Positions 54,469-64,000 of a stretch of DNA of 64,000 nucleotides are shown piece by piece (the first letter of the stretch is position 1; every line of letters starts with the position of its first letter). The position numbers were made by a program, and so were the translations under genes. The notes beneath the pieces were generated by a model that saw only the letters and a program-made list of their open reading frames with translations, did no database searches and was not told where the DNA came from. The DNA lies in the sequence record MW845758.1; one strand, written 5' to 3'.

Positions 54469-55740
54469 ATGAACTTTATTCAACGCAAACTCGCGCGTGA
54501 ATCAGTTGAGTCAACTGATCCGAACGCAATCGACGGCATCAGCAATGTTGAGCCGGCTGAAGAGAACCTGGACGTCCAACTGGGCGAACTGGCTTCAATC
54601 GATGGCGAACTGGACGCGCTCGATGGCGACCAAGAAACGCTGGCGACCGATACCGACCGTACCGAAGCTGCTGTTGATCAGGCAGCTGAGTCTGTTGAGA
54701 ACGGCGAAGAGATGCCGGAAGAAGCTATCGCTGCTGCCGAAGTGGCGCAGGAAAGCATCCGTCGTCGTTGGGGTATCGATGTGCCTAAACTGGCACGCGA
54801 ATCTTACCGTCGTGGCCGCGGCATGACCGTCGCTGCGCAGGAAGGTTGGAAAGAAACCCTGAAAGACCTGTGGCGTCGTTTCATCGATTTCTGCAAAACA
54901 GTTATCGACAAGATCAAAGATGCGAAACTGAAATACCTGAACGTGGGTAAAACTGCTCAGGGTCGCGCCAAGAAATTCCAAGCTGCTATTAAAGCGCTGG
55001 GCAAAAAGAACAAAGAAGAGATTTCTGGTGGCTTCATCAGCAAACTCTCTATCGAAGGTTCTTTCTCCCTCGAGCAGTCTATCTCTGCTGCGAAAGACGT
55101 GACTGGCGGTAAAGCCAAGTCTGCGATCACGCATCTGCAGGGTCAGGCTCACGCAGCTGAAACTGTTGTAACCAAAGCGACCAAAGCTGACGCGGCCGTT
55201 GCAACTTCTGGCTTCTACGACACCGTAGAGCTGTTCGGTACTGCGGCGAAGAAAATGAAGAACCTGCCACAGTTCGAAAACGAAGAAGCACAGCGTCTGT
55301 ACGCTCTGCCGGGCAACGCCTATATCCAGTCTGGTAAGAAAGCTGTTAACGGTGTTGATTTCACCGCTGTTGGCTTCCTGTCTACTGGTGACTCTTCTGA
55401 AGCGAAGAACGTGCCAACTCCATCTGTTCAGCAGCTGTCTTCTGCAGCCGGCTCTCTGGATGCGATCGGTAAAGGCTTCGAAACTGTGCTGAAAGATTTC
55501 CGTAGCTATGACGACGAAATCGGCAAACTGCGTACCGCTGCTGAATCTGCTGCTAAAGCAATCGATTCTGCTGCTGACAACGCAGAGCACAAAACTCTGA
55601 GCGCGGCGCGTTCTGCAGCTGACCAAGCGGTCCGTAACTACCAGACTCTGCATCGCGCAGTGTCCTTCGTTGCGAACACCGTTATCAGCGGCCTGAACGG
55701 TTACATCGGTGCTGGCATCGGTGCATACGCGAAAGGCTAA
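54469..55740 (+). CDS. Abundant inner-head/ejection protein, paralog 1 (423 aa)
   Basis: Acidic propeptide with ARE/AAE/AQE sites; high-expression codons; SPN3US gp53 / phiKZ gp93-family type. Confidence 0.75.
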   Translation: MNFIQRKLARESVESTDPNAIDGISNVEPAEENLDVQLGELASIDGELDALDGDQETLATDTDRTEAAVDQAAESVENGEEMPEEAIAAAEVAQESIRRRWGIDVPKLARESYRRGRGMTVAAQEGWKETLKDLWRRFIDFCKTVIDKIKDAKLKYLNVGKTAQGRAKKFQAAIKALGKKNKEEISGGFISKLSIEGSFSLEQSISAAKDVTGGKAKSAITHLQGQAHAAETVVTKATKADAAVATSGFYDTVELFGTAAKKMKNLPQFENEEAQRLYALPGNAYIQSGKKAVNGVDFTAVGFLSTGDSSEAKNVPTPSVQQLSSAAGSLDAIGKGFETVLKDFRSYDDEIGKLRTAAESAAKAIDSAADNAEHKTLSAARSAADQAVRNYQTLHRAVSFVANTVISGLNGYIGAGIGAYAKG

Positions 55741-55818
55741 TCCCCTGTTCGTGTAAAAGCTTTCAGTTTCTAAATTTAAGGGGTGGTGAGATGTCACTGC
55801 CCCAGAGGAAAAGTAAAG

Positions 55819-57090
55819 ATGAACTTTATTCAACGTAAAGTAGCCCGTGAATCAGTTGAAGGTACCGGTACCGTTGTTCCAGACGGTCTGGAACTGCCAG
55901 CTGAGTCGGTTGAAGGTATTCTGGCTGACCTGCAGCACGATACCCGTGTAATCGATGGTAACGACGCTGACGCAGCTGTACTGGCTGAAGATGCTGATGA
56001 AACTGATGCGCAGCTGGACTCTCTGGACGCAGCTGATGCTGCTGCCGATCCGGAAAGCGATCTCCCAGAAGACGAAAAGATGGATGCCGAAGAAGACATG
56101 CCTAACGCTGCTGCTGAAGCGTTGGACGTGGCTCAGGAATCTATCCGTCGTCGCTGGGGCTTCGACCACCGTCAGGCCGTAGCGCGTGAAAGCTATGGCG
56201 CACGTAACCGCCGTCAGGTTGCTCGTGAATCACTGTGGGATGACATCAAAGCCTTCCTGCAGCGCATCATCGACTGGCTGAAAGAGCAGGGTCGTAAACT
56301 GAAAGACCGTTGGCTGAAATTCAGCAACGTTGGTAAGTCCATTCAGGGCCGTGCTTCTAAATACGAAGCGCAGATCCGTGCACTGGGCAAACAAACCAAA
56401 GACGAAATCAGCGGTGGCTTCGTTAAGCAGCTGTCTGTTGGTGGTAAGTTCGTTGGTGACAACGGCGCGGTTCTGAATGAGCAGCTGGCACTGTGCACCA
56501 AGAAAGTTGATTTCCTGGCTGAAATCACCGACGTGGGCGAAGAGCTGGTCTCTACGCTGGAAGCGGCCGGTAACGCAGAAACCGCTTCAGCGGCTAACGC
56601 TAAGAAGCTGGTTACTCTGATCCGTCAGAACGCTGATGGCGAAGAAGAACTGCTGGGTGGTAGCAAAATGGTCATTAAGACCGAAGGCGAAGGCGACGAA
56701 GCCACTGCAACCATCTCGTTCGTTGCGTCTGAAGCAGAAGGCGAAGGCAAGGTTAAAACCCCTGGCCCAGCCCAGCTGTCTACCGCAAACACCTTCTACA
56801 AGAAAGTGGGCGTGGAACTCGAGAAGCAAGTGCAGAACTACCGTAAGGTTGATGCTGCTCGTGCGAAGTACGAGAAGTCACTGGAAGCGCTGGTTAAGCG
56901 TGTCGATGGCGTTAAGATCGATGAGAAACCGGGTCTGGCTCGCGCCGTCCGTGTTGTTCGTCGTGGCGTAACTGGCATCAACGCAACCGTGTCTTCTTGC
57001 GAGCGTATGGTTGCCTCTATCCAGAAAAACCTGACTTCAGGTCTGAACGGATATATCGCAGCGGGTATCGCAGCACACAGCAAAGGCTAA
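55819..57090 (+). CDS. Inner-head/ejection protein, paralog 2 (423 aa; start ATG55819)
   Basis: Shares MNFIQRKxARES, VAQESIRRRWG, ISGGF..LS..G, SGLNGYI.AGI.A..KG with paralog 1. Confidence 0.75.
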   Translation: MNFIQRKVARESVEGTGTVVPDGLELPAESVEGILADLQHDTRVIDGNDADAAVLAEDADETDAQLDSLDAADAAADPESDLPEDEKMDAEEDMPNAAAEALDVAQESIRRRWGFDHRQAVARESYGARNRRQVARESLWDDIKAFLQRIIDWLKEQGRKLKDRWLKFSNVGKSIQGRASKYEAQIRALGKQTKDEISGGFVKQLSVGGKFVGDNGAVLNEQLALCTKKVDFLAEITDVGEELVSTLEAAGNAETASAANAKKLVTLIRQNADGEEELLGGSKMVIKTEGEGDEATATISFVASEAEGEGKVKTPGPAQLSTANTFYKKVGVELEKQVQNYRKVDAARAKYEKSLEALVKRVDGVKIDEKPGLARAVRVVRRGVTGINATVSSCERMVASIQKNLTSGLNGYIAAGIAAHSKG

Positions 57091-57110
57091 TTGCCGGCGT
57101 TGTAGGGAAA

Positions 57111-57142
57111 CCCCACTCTTCGGAGTGGGGATTCTTTCTTTT
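57111..57142 (+). terminator. Rho-independent terminator
   Basis: CCCCACTC-TTCG-GAGTGGGG plus T-rich tail. Confidence 0.85.
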
Positions 57143-57158
57143 ATTCGACCAATTCTGA

Positions 57159-57178
57159 GATAGATATCATTTAGGTGA
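57159..57178 (+). promoter_or_regulatory. Putative early promoter motif
   Basis: GATAGATATCATTTAGGTGA. Confidence 0.65.
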
Positions 57179-57244
57179 GGTTGACTATGTATCCTTTTTT
57201 ACACGAGACCCATTCATTTATGTACACGTAAGGAGTATTACCCC

Positions 57245-57856
57245 ATGAACTACAACATGAACACTGTAACCGAAGTGTCTGGCGACGCCGAGAAACTGAA
57301 AGACGCTAAAGTCTTTACGCTTCACTTTTCCCATGCGCCTGCACTGCAAGTACCGCGTCCTGTGATGCTGGGCATCGCCTCATTCGTACAAGCCTGCTAC
57401 GAACGTAAAACCGAACGTGCAGAACTGCACTACAACAGCCGCACCTTCACACTGGACACTCTGTGCGATTATACCACCTACCTGCGTCTACAGCCTCTGT
57501 ACAAGTGGGCAATTGATTCAGGTATGGATTACATGCACAAATGCGCCAGCCGTGATTATAGCAAGCTCGAGCATTTCTTCCGTGCACACGTTGCCCGTGT
57601 ACCGGAACTGATGGACGGTTACATTACCGTCGTTACCGAACGCTGCTATGACCTGAAAGACATGGTGTTCTCACTTGATATTGAGCAACGCCTGACTAAC
57701 GACACTCTGCTGGACGATGTGAACGGGACTATCACCTCACGTGATGTCTCTGTAACCCGCCTGCCTAGTGCGAAGGAACGACTGATTGCTGCTCAACCTT
57801 TATCGCTGCCGGAGAATAAGATTCACCGTACCAGCTCTGTAAAGTTAAGCCTGTAG
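57245..57856 (+). CDS. Hypothetical protein (203 aa), probably early
   Basis: SD AAGGAG, own promoter motif and terminator. Confidence 0.85.
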   Translation: MNYNMNTVTEVSGDAEKLKDAKVFTLHFSHAPALQVPRPVMLGIASFVQACYERKTERAELHYNSRTFTLDTLCDYTTYLRLQPLYKWAIDSGMDYMHKCASRDYSKLEHFFRAHVARVPELMDGYITVVTERCYDLKDMVFSLDIEQRLTNDTLLDDVNGTITSRDVSVTRLPSAKERLIAAQPLSLPENKIHRTSSVKLSL

Positions 57857-57863
57857 TCAGACC

Positions 57864-57894
57864 GCCCTCGCTTCGGTGAGGGCATTTCTTTTTT
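57864..57894 (+). terminator. Rho-independent terminator
   Basis: GCCCTCGC-TTCG-GTGAGGGC plus T run. Confidence 0.85.
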
Positions 57895-57909
57895 GTAAGG
57901 AGTAATCCA

Positions 57910-58257
57910 GTGTTTAATCAAGAAATATTTGAATACCCTGCAGAAGGGTTACACAAAGCACACGGGCTTTCTATTAAGCTCGGCGGGATGACATACGACT
58001 TAAAAGATACCTCAGTATCCGGCGCTGTCGTCCAGTTAGAAGACCCTGACTTTCGTGGGCAGATTACTATCAGACTGCACCGTACTGTGCGTGGTACGGG
58101 GCGTATGCAACACATTGAAGTCCACAACCTCAGTCTTGAGGTAGAAGCGCGCTACGTCTGCGTGATTGATTTCAGTGACTCAATACAGGTGCGGTCATTC
58201 CCGCGTCGTAACTTCCTCTCATTACTTCGTAAAGCTCTGGAGCATCACTTTAAATGA
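57910..58257 (+). CDS. Hypothetical protein (115 aa)
   Basis: SD AAGGAG, GTG start; ATGA coupling to DHFR. Confidence 0.8.
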   Translation: MFNQEIFEYPAEGLHKAHGLSIKLGGMTYDLKDTSVSGAVVQLEDPDFRGQITIRLHRTVRGTGRMQHIEVHNLSLEVEARYVCVIDFSDSIQVRSFPRRNFLSLLRKALEHHFK

Positions 58258-58775
58258 AAATCACGGTCATCGCAGCAGTAGACAATAACTGGGGCATCGG
58301 TAAAGACAACAAACTGGCATGGCGTTTGCCGCGTGATTTCCAGTGGTTCAAAGAACAGACCATGGGTAAGATGGTGGTCATGGGGCGTAAGACGTTTGAG
58401 TCTATCGGTTCTAAGCCCCTGCCGAATCGTCGCAACTGGGTTATTACCCGTGATTCGAAAAACGTGGTGCCGGCAAAAGGGGTAGACTTCGGTGTGGGGA
58501 TTATTACCAAGCCGGATGAACTGCTGTTGATTGCAGAGCGCTGGAACGAGAAAGAGATTGTGATCATCGGCGGCGCTGAAGTATACGAGATGTATACCGA
58601 GCACGCTGACCGCATTCTCATCACGCATGTCGATACTGAAATCGATAATGCGGATGCCATCTTCCCGCAATTCGACCGTAACCTGTACAATAAACGTGAC
58701 CTGCTGCATGTTCAGGCTGACCACGAACACGGGTACCCGTTCACGATTGTTGAGTACACCAAGAAAAAGGATTAA
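58254..58775 (+). CDS. folA: Dihydrofolate reductase
   Basis: IAAVDNNWGIG..LAWRLPRDFQWFK, VMGRKTFESIG.KPLPNRRN, IIGGAEVY, ADAIFP. Confidence 0.97.
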   Translation: MKITVIAAVDNNWGIGKDNKLAWRLPRDFQWFKEQTMGKMVVMGRKTFESIGSKPLPNRRNWVITRDSKNVVPAKGVDFGVGIITKPDELLLIAERWNEKEIVIIGGAEVYEMYTEHADRILITHVDTEIDNADAIFPQFDRNLYNKRDLLHVQADHEHGYPFTIVEYTKKKD

Positions 58776-58777
58776 CC

Positions 58778-59110
58778 ATGGGCGGCTATGCTATTAAAGA
58801 AGTCAGTGGGCTCCCGTACGGTGAGCTTTTGTTCGAAGCAGTAAACACAATTACCCAGCCTGACAAATCACTCTCGGCTATTTTGCTGAGTGAGCAGGGG
58901 CCGGGTGATAAACTTCTGTACGCGTTGTTCGCAGACAACACCTTCCAGACACTGACGAATGAAAAGGAAATCAAGCTTATCCTGACGCTCGCAGGTTTGA
59001 TAGAAGGTGAACGCTATGAAACAACCCTGCGCATGTCGTACAACATGACCGTCGTTAAAAGCCCTAGGCTGCGAAGCGGTGCGGTTTACGAACGCGTGAA
59101 AGAAGAATAA
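58778..59110 (+). CDS. Hypothetical protein (110 aa)
   Basis: Operon with DHFR. Confidence 0.8.
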   Translation: MGGYAIKEVSGLPYGELLFEAVNTITQPDKSLSAILLSEQGPGDKLLYALFADNTFQTLTNEKEIKLILTLAGLIEGERYETTLRMSYNMTVVKSPRLRSGAVYERVKEE

Positions 59111-59114
59111 GAGG

Positions 59115-59729
59115 ATGGTCAGTAAACTCGAGTTCTTAGAACAGGTCAGAGCGTTTGAAGAAATTGACTTTGACCTCGTGGGTGAAACTGCAGAAAACTA
59201 TCGTCCGTACACCGGCGGTAGCACCAATGCAAAGCTACCCAAAACCGCGCGCATCACAACGTTTGTACAACGGCTGATTCGTCAATACGAGATACCGCCA
59301 CAATCGATTATGATTCGTATCGCAGAAGACGCCACTGTGCCCGCTGACCAGTTACTGTTGATGGAAAGCAGCATCCTGATTGGGGACTTGCGCAAACTCA
59401 AAACACACCGGGAGACTCGGGACGGATTAACCCTACACGGGAAATCTATTCTATTGACGCCACCGGTGCGTGAGGTGTTTGCCGTGCCCGGCTTTGAGCT
59501 CTGGGCCTTGTACTTAACCGAACGCTCACTGATTAGAGTGGTGCGGGAAGTGGCACGCGGTCAGAAGTGGTTCATCGAGGATTCGGACATGCGTTTGGTG
59601 GTGGATTTGTTCACCAATGTGAAAGGCGAGGTGGTGATTGCTCAGGGAGTGAACGATTACGTTCCTATCGTTTACGAGGGAACACACCTCACGATTCACG
59701 AGCAACGTATCTATCGCATCAAGCGATAA
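59115..59729 (+). CDS. Hypothetical protein (204 aa)
   Basis: SD GAGG, followed by a terminator. Confidence 0.8.
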   Translation: MVSKLEFLEQVRAFEEIDFDLVGETAENYRPYTGGSTNAKLPKTARITTFVQRLIRQYEIPPQSIMIRIAEDATVPADQLLLMESSILIGDLRKLKTHRETRDGLTLHGKSILLTPPVREVFAVPGFELWALYLTERSLIRVVREVARGQKWFIEDSDMRLVVDLFTNVKGEVVIAQGVNDYVPIVYEGTHLTIHEQRIYRIKR

Positions 59730-59732
59730 TCG

Positions 59733-59763
59733 ACAGGGGTCTTCGGACCCCTGTTTTTTTTTT
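59733..59763 (+). terminator. Rho-independent terminator
   Basis: ACAGGGGTC-TTCG-GACCCCTGT plus long T run. Confidence 0.9.
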
Positions 59764-59806
59764 TGCGTATCCAGCCCGTTTTATGAGCTGATGAGGAGAA
59801 GCCCCA

Positions 59807-61309
59807 ATGCAACAGTATTTTGAGATTCCTTCATTAGACCAGACCATTCGAAAAGCCATCGTGGACGGTATCGTTCAACGAGCGTTAAATGAATCGGGAA
59901 TCGCGAAGGCCGAAATCATCTATAACGATGAACGCTTCAAGACTACCCATCAGGTCGGGTCTACCGAGGGCGAGGAAACGACCGCCGCCTATGCTGGCAC
60001 CGACCGTGCGTATATCGGTGTAGTCGAAGAGCGTGACGAGTATTCGCGCATCAACCGCCAGATTGGTTTGAACGTGAACATTCCGTTCTTTGCCAACAAA
60101 CAAGATCAAGTTTACGCCGCCTGTGGTACCTGTGGCTACAACGTGACCATCACTATAACGCGCCACAATCAATCACAGGACGAGCTACACCGTTGGGTGA
60201 ACCGTTTAGACGCTTTACAGGATATGGGCCGCTACAGCCTAATGGCGGAGTCTGAGGCCTATTACCTCATCCCTAAGCCTGCCTTACAGTTGCTGAACGC
60301 CTGTTGGGTGGCGGCTGAAACCCGTGTGCCTACTCACGAGACTTTTGCTGATTACTTAAACGAGTATTTCGGTGACGAGGTAACGCGTGTGGCAAACGTG
60401 GCCGGAGGTCAGGAATCATTGGCTGTGCGTTTCGCCCCGACCCGTGTGGAACTGGTGTACGGGACAGAATCACCCGAGTGGGACAAAGACGAGAACCATT
60501 ACGAAGCGTCCTTTACCATCAAGTTCTATTACCAGCCGCCAGAAGAGATTGTTATCTCGTACCCGTACATCATTAACCAGACACCGATGCCGGATGTGTG
60601 GTGGCCAGACATTGATGGCCCGTGGGTCAGTAATGAAGAGTTTGTGCGCCGTAGTCAGCAGCAAATGCAACAGGATGCAACGTGGTGGGTCAACGAGAAA
60701 CGTGCACTGATTCAGCTGCCGTATCTGATGTGTCCGATTGAACAGTTCCACCGCCTGCATTATCCGAGCAAAGCTACTGTGTTGCCGGTATTCGGTACAG
60801 ACGTGGCGTTTGATGAAGATAACATGCTTGACCCGGTGGTGTTCGATGTAGACGACCTGCCGTACCGTTGGAACGATGCCTTACTTCCCTACATCAACCA
60901 CTGTCGTCGTATTGACCGCACAGGGATGACCGGGATGTTCCGCTTCCTAGCGTTTGAGGAAGGGGCCTTGATTGAACCGCGCCTGTATTACTGGGACGGT
61001 GATAAGTTCCAACTTAAACGTCGTCAATCGGTTGAGAAGAACTACTTCGTGCTGGAGACGGTAGTCAGCGACTGGCGGGGCATTGACCTGTGGCCGCTGC
61101 ACCTGTATCCGAAGGCCGCAGAGGTGCTTATCAAGTGGCTGTTCCCGGATTGGGACACACCGGACTGGTGGTGGGACTTACCTCGTCTGCCGCCGTCTGT
61201 GATTGATAAGATTCCGCGTGACAAACTCAAAGACCGCGACTATTACCTGACGGTGTTCAACACTGGCATCCTGACTATCAAAGGAGAGCAACATGCTGAA
61301 GTCGAGTAA
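59807..61309 (+). CDS. Probable virion structural (tail/neck) protein (500 aa)
   Basis: SD GAGGAG, TATG upstream; synteny with SPN3US-like virion genes. Confidence 0.7.
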   Translation: MQQYFEIPSLDQTIRKAIVDGIVQRALNESGIAKAEIIYNDERFKTTHQVGSTEGEETTAAYAGTDRAYIGVVEERDEYSRINRQIGLNVNIPFFANKQDQVYAACGTCGYNVTITITRHNQSQDELHRWVNRLDALQDMGRYSLMAESEAYYLIPKPALQLLNACWVAAETRVPTHETFADYLNEYFGDEVTRVANVAGGQESLAVRFAPTRVELVYGTESPEWDKDENHYEASFTIKFYYQPPEEIVISYPYIINQTPMPDVWWPDIDGPWVSNEEFVRRSQQQMQQDATWWVNEKRALIQLPYLMCPIEQFHRLHYPSKATVLPVFGTDVAFDEDNMLDPVVFDVDDLPYRWNDALLPYINHCRRIDRTGMTGMFRFLAFEEGALIEPRLYYWDGDKFQLKRRQSVEKNYFVLETVVSDWRGIDLWPLHLYPKAAEVLIKWLFPDWDTPDWWWDLPRLPPSVIDKIPRDKLKDRDYYLTVFNTGILTIKGEQHAEVE

Positions 61310-62618
61310 GGAGGGGAGTTCGTGGCAACCGATTAAGCCCACTGACCCCACGCTCGTCCAAGAGCAGGACGGTATCAAGGAAGCGTCGAACATTGTTACC
61401 GAGCCGTTACGAACCACGGTCATGGACTTGCAGCGTGTCGCTAAACAGCACCTGCTGCAATACGTCACCGGTTCCTCGTGGTCGGTCACGTTCTACCACA
61501 TCCTGAAAGGGAAGAACGACCCTATCGTGGTATTCGACCCGAAGGTGGATAACCCAACCCAGCAACTGGAGAAAATCCACAATCTGGAATTGCGTGTTAC
61601 CACTGCCCTCGACCGTAGCCAGCAATCCGATAACCGTACCTTCGTTATCACTGGTGCGTCAACGGTTGTGAACTCCATCCCGCCGAACGTCAATGACTTC
61701 TTCGTCGCGGAACTCGATGGCGGTCGTCTGGGTCTCTTTAACATCACCTCCTCGGCGCGTAACTCCGATAACAAAATCGCGACCTACGACATCGAATACA
61801 CCATGCTTTACGAAATCACACCGCAGATGTCGAATGTGATCAAGGCGTGTACCGTACGTGAGTATTACTACGTGCGTGAACGTGCATGGTGGGGTGAGGA
61901 CACCCTCTTAACGCCGGACGAGTGGGGCGAGTTCTTAAAGGTCGAACGTCTGTTGCTGGATATCGAGCAGACGTACGTGAAGCGCTTCTACGACCACGAA
62001 ACGCAAACCCTGAAGTTCCCTGAGAACGAATACCGCGTGTACGACATCTTCTTGTGTCGCTTTGTGCGGGCTATCGGGTTAACGGTACCGGGACATGACA
62101 TTCGTCTCTATCCCCATCCTCCGAAGCAGGCGAACGATATCGAAACGTTCTTTGATTCGATTATCAATCAGAGCGGAACGTATCTGCAAGATATGAACCG
62201 TCGCTGCGCGTGCTTCTCGGTGAAAACGTTTCGGGTGTTGCAGTTGATGAACACCATCGGGTGGTCGAAGTTCCAAGCTACCCTGTTCTTCACGGACGAT
62301 AACCGTTACGCGGTTTATCCGTATACCTTCCCGGGGTTTGAAGCGTTTGTGTCAGAATCGATTAACTACCGCGGTAACTCTAATGAGGTACTCCCGGCGT
62401 TTAATCCCCCGACACTCACGCCGTACATTCTCAGCGAGTCGTTTTATAAAGGCGAGTACAGCAGCGTGTTAGAGTGGGCTTTGCACCTCTTCATTAAACA
62501 ACAACCGATTTCCCCCCAACCGATTATTCTGTTGGCGGAGATGTTGCGTGCGTTGCCGAAGTCTGCACAGTTCTACTACACCCCGTTGGTGTACGTGCTG
62601 TTACGCTACGTGAGGTAG
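61293..62618 (+). CDS. Probable virion structural protein (441 aa)
   Basis: SD GGAG; beta-rich N-terminal half (PPNVNDFF..GRLGLFNIT). Confidence 0.7.
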   Translation: MLKSSKEGSSWQPIKPTDPTLVQEQDGIKEASNIVTEPLRTTVMDLQRVAKQHLLQYVTGSSWSVTFYHILKGKNDPIVVFDPKVDNPTQQLEKIHNLELRVTTALDRSQQSDNRTFVITGASTVVNSIPPNVNDFFVAELDGGRLGLFNITSSARNSDNKIATYDIEYTMLYEITPQMSNVIKACTVREYYYVRERAWWGEDTLLTPDEWGEFLKVERLLLDIEQTYVKRFYDHETQTLKFPENEYRVYDIFLCRFVRAIGLTVPGHDIRLYPHPPKQANDIETFFDSIINQSGTYLQDMNRRCACFSVKTFRVLQLMNTIGWSKFQATLFFTDDNRYAVYPYTFPGFEAFVSESINYRGNSNEVLPAFNPPTLTPYILSESFYKGEYSSVLEWALHLFIKQQPISPQPIILLAEMLRALPKSAQFYYTPLVYVLLRYVR

Positions 62619-62620
62619 TA

Positions 62621-63166
62621 ATGGACAAGAAGTTCTCCCCTGCATTCCATCTGTTCCACAGTTGGGTAGGTTGGCGGGTGCCCGCCTACGCGACGCTGAC
62701 CGCTTATGCCACACAAGAGCACGGGTTGTTCTTGCCAGAGGATAAGCGTAAAGCGAACGCCATCTTGCACGACAAGAAATTCATTCAGGCGAGGCCTTTT
62801 GAGATAGCGCAATACCTGACTCAAGGGATGCCGCTGGACATCAGTGATGTTAATGACGCCATCAAGGTCTACGGATGGATAATGGAGCACATGGCGAACT
62901 GGTTGGACTACGCGTCTAACCCGTCGTTGATTATGCGTGCCATTCCCATCGATGGGATGCGTGAGTTTAACATGCTGGCGAACAAACTGTTTCCAGTGGC
63001 GCACCGCTATGGCTATTTTGAGAAACCAAAAATCACGATGTCAGATTCGTTACAGGTGTTCTTTGGGGGTGAGGTTAAAGCCACTCAACAACAACACCGT
63101 TTTAACGATACCCTGATTCGTCGACTGGAGGTGGCTGCTCGTTATCAAACCCGAGGAAAACGATAA
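62621..63166 (+). CDS. Conserved hypothetical protein (181 aa)
   Basis: SD GAGG, operon context. Confidence 0.8.
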   Translation: MDKKFSPAFHLFHSWVGWRVPAYATLTAYATQEHGLFLPEDKRKANAILHDKKFIQARPFEIAQYLTQGMPLDISDVNDAIKVYGWIMEHMANWLDYASNPSLIMRAIPIDGMREFNMLANKLFPVAHRYGYFEKPKITMSDSLQVFFGGEVKATQQQHRFNDTLIRRLEVAARYQTRGKR

Positions 63167-64000
63167 TGTTTGAGCGGTTTCAGGCTATCGTTAATAGCCA
63201 CATCAGTCGGGCGATAGCTGCCCCGGCTATCAACTACAGTGCGATTATCACCATCAAAGGGGTAACGCTTACGGTGCTCAAAGTCCGTGACGTTATCCAC
63301 ACCAGTAACTTTGTGGGAGCGGTATCGACTATCTCTCACCTGACACTGGCTGTCCCCACGTCACAGATGCGTTTGTTAACCACCCGGGCCAACGGGAACA
63401 TGAACGTTAAGGTATTGACACTGGCGGGGAAACAAGTTCTGAACACGATGAACTACAACGGTATCGTCGTTGGGACACGTGACCCGGACATGGAATCCCC
63501 GACGATGTTCCTGAGTGAGTCTAACGACAAGTCGATTGGGATACTGACGCTTGAGCTGATGCCGGCATCGCTTTGGTATCAACGCTTGAAGAACGTGGGT
63601 GGGATTTATCAGGCGACGGATGGGTTAACGTTACTGCGCAAGTTGCTGGTTGATACCCTGCCGAACCAAAAGGAAGAGGCGGGGATAGTCCACTCGATTC
63701 AATACGAGCAGGAAGAGCAGCAGCTTTATCGCAACATCGTGATACCCGATTCGATGACGTTCTTGGAAGTGTTTGACTACATCCAAGACAAGTACGGGGT
63801 GTATGCGAAGGGGTTGGGTGTGTTCCAGTATTTCAACAACTGGTTCTTGTTCCAGCCTTACGATGAAACCAAGTTCAACAAAGCCGGATTGAAACTGGTG
63901 GTGATGAACCTGCCGCGTGAACGTGCTGCACAGATTGACCGTACACTGCATTCCGATGCAAACGTGCGTTATCTCATCACAGGCGGTGACACGCTAACCG
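63166..64000 (+). CDS. Probable virion tail/baseplate hub protein, truncated by the window end (absent from the ORF track)
   Basis: ATG63166 (TAATG overlap, SD GAGG) reads MFERFQAIVNSH..FDYIQDKYGVYAKG.. with no stop before 64000. Confidence 0.75.
   Translation, partial: MFERFQAIVNSHISRAIAAPAINYSAIITIKGVTLTVLKVRDVIHTSNFVGAVSTISHLTLAVPTSQMRLLTTRANGNMNVKVLTLAGKQVLNTMNYNGIVVGTRDPDMESPTMFLSESNDKSIGILTLELMPASLWYQRLKNVGGIYQATDGLTLLRKLLVDTLPNQKEEAGIVHSIQYEQEEQQLYRNIVIPDSMTFLEVFDYIQDKYGVYAKGLGVFQYFNNWFLFQPYDETKFNKAGLKLVVMNLPRERAAQIDRTLHSDANVRYLITGGDTLT

Noticed and set aside
54595-55833. 412-aa antisense ORF over the head paralog
   Set aside because: Shadow of a highly biased sense-strand gene; no SD and no protein-like motifs. 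The same applies to 33395-34180, 27045-27704, 51939-52565 and similar ORFs.
1-64000. CRISPR array, transposase or integrase
   Set aside because: No regularly spaced direct repeats or recombinase/transposase motifs; the only repeats are low-complexity coding tails and promoter motifs.
1-64000. Alternative genetic code or stop-codon reassignment
   Set aside because: Core genes are full length under code 11, TAA, TAG and TGA all end genes, and no suppressor tRNA is present.

Overview
This window is from a nucleus-forming jumbo phage (phiKZ-like, Chimalliviridae). Gene order recalled from memory best fits the SPN3US/phiEaH2-type enterobacterial phages; this is an inference with no database search. 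Bases 1-4130 are an RNA-gene island: 12 CCA-encoding tRNAs, a small membrane ORF, a TAXI-family periplasmic binding protein, and about seven tRNA-free spacers that are densely base-paired. These spacers include a ~765-nt ornate ncRNA candidate (1366-2130) and a 119-nt circularly permuted tRNA-like RNA with Y-RNA (YrlA) topology and a 3' ACCA end (3671-3789). The rest is the chimallivirus core. It holds a split family-B DNA polymerase, chimallin, four non-virion RNAP subunits, ChmC-like and PicA/Imp1-like genes, an SbcD nuclease, an SF2 helicase and a virion RNAP beta' piece. It also holds baseplate and inner-head proteins and a DHFR. A 20-bp motif (GATAGA-TATTAT-N4-GTGA, 7 copies) marks probable early promoters. 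A T-TTT-TTC slippery site at 38694-38700 predicts a -1 frameshift joining a T4 gp26-like tail chaperone to a downstream frame that lacks an obvious start. All RNA helices were found by eye, and homolog and gp-number assignments rest on motifs and synteny.
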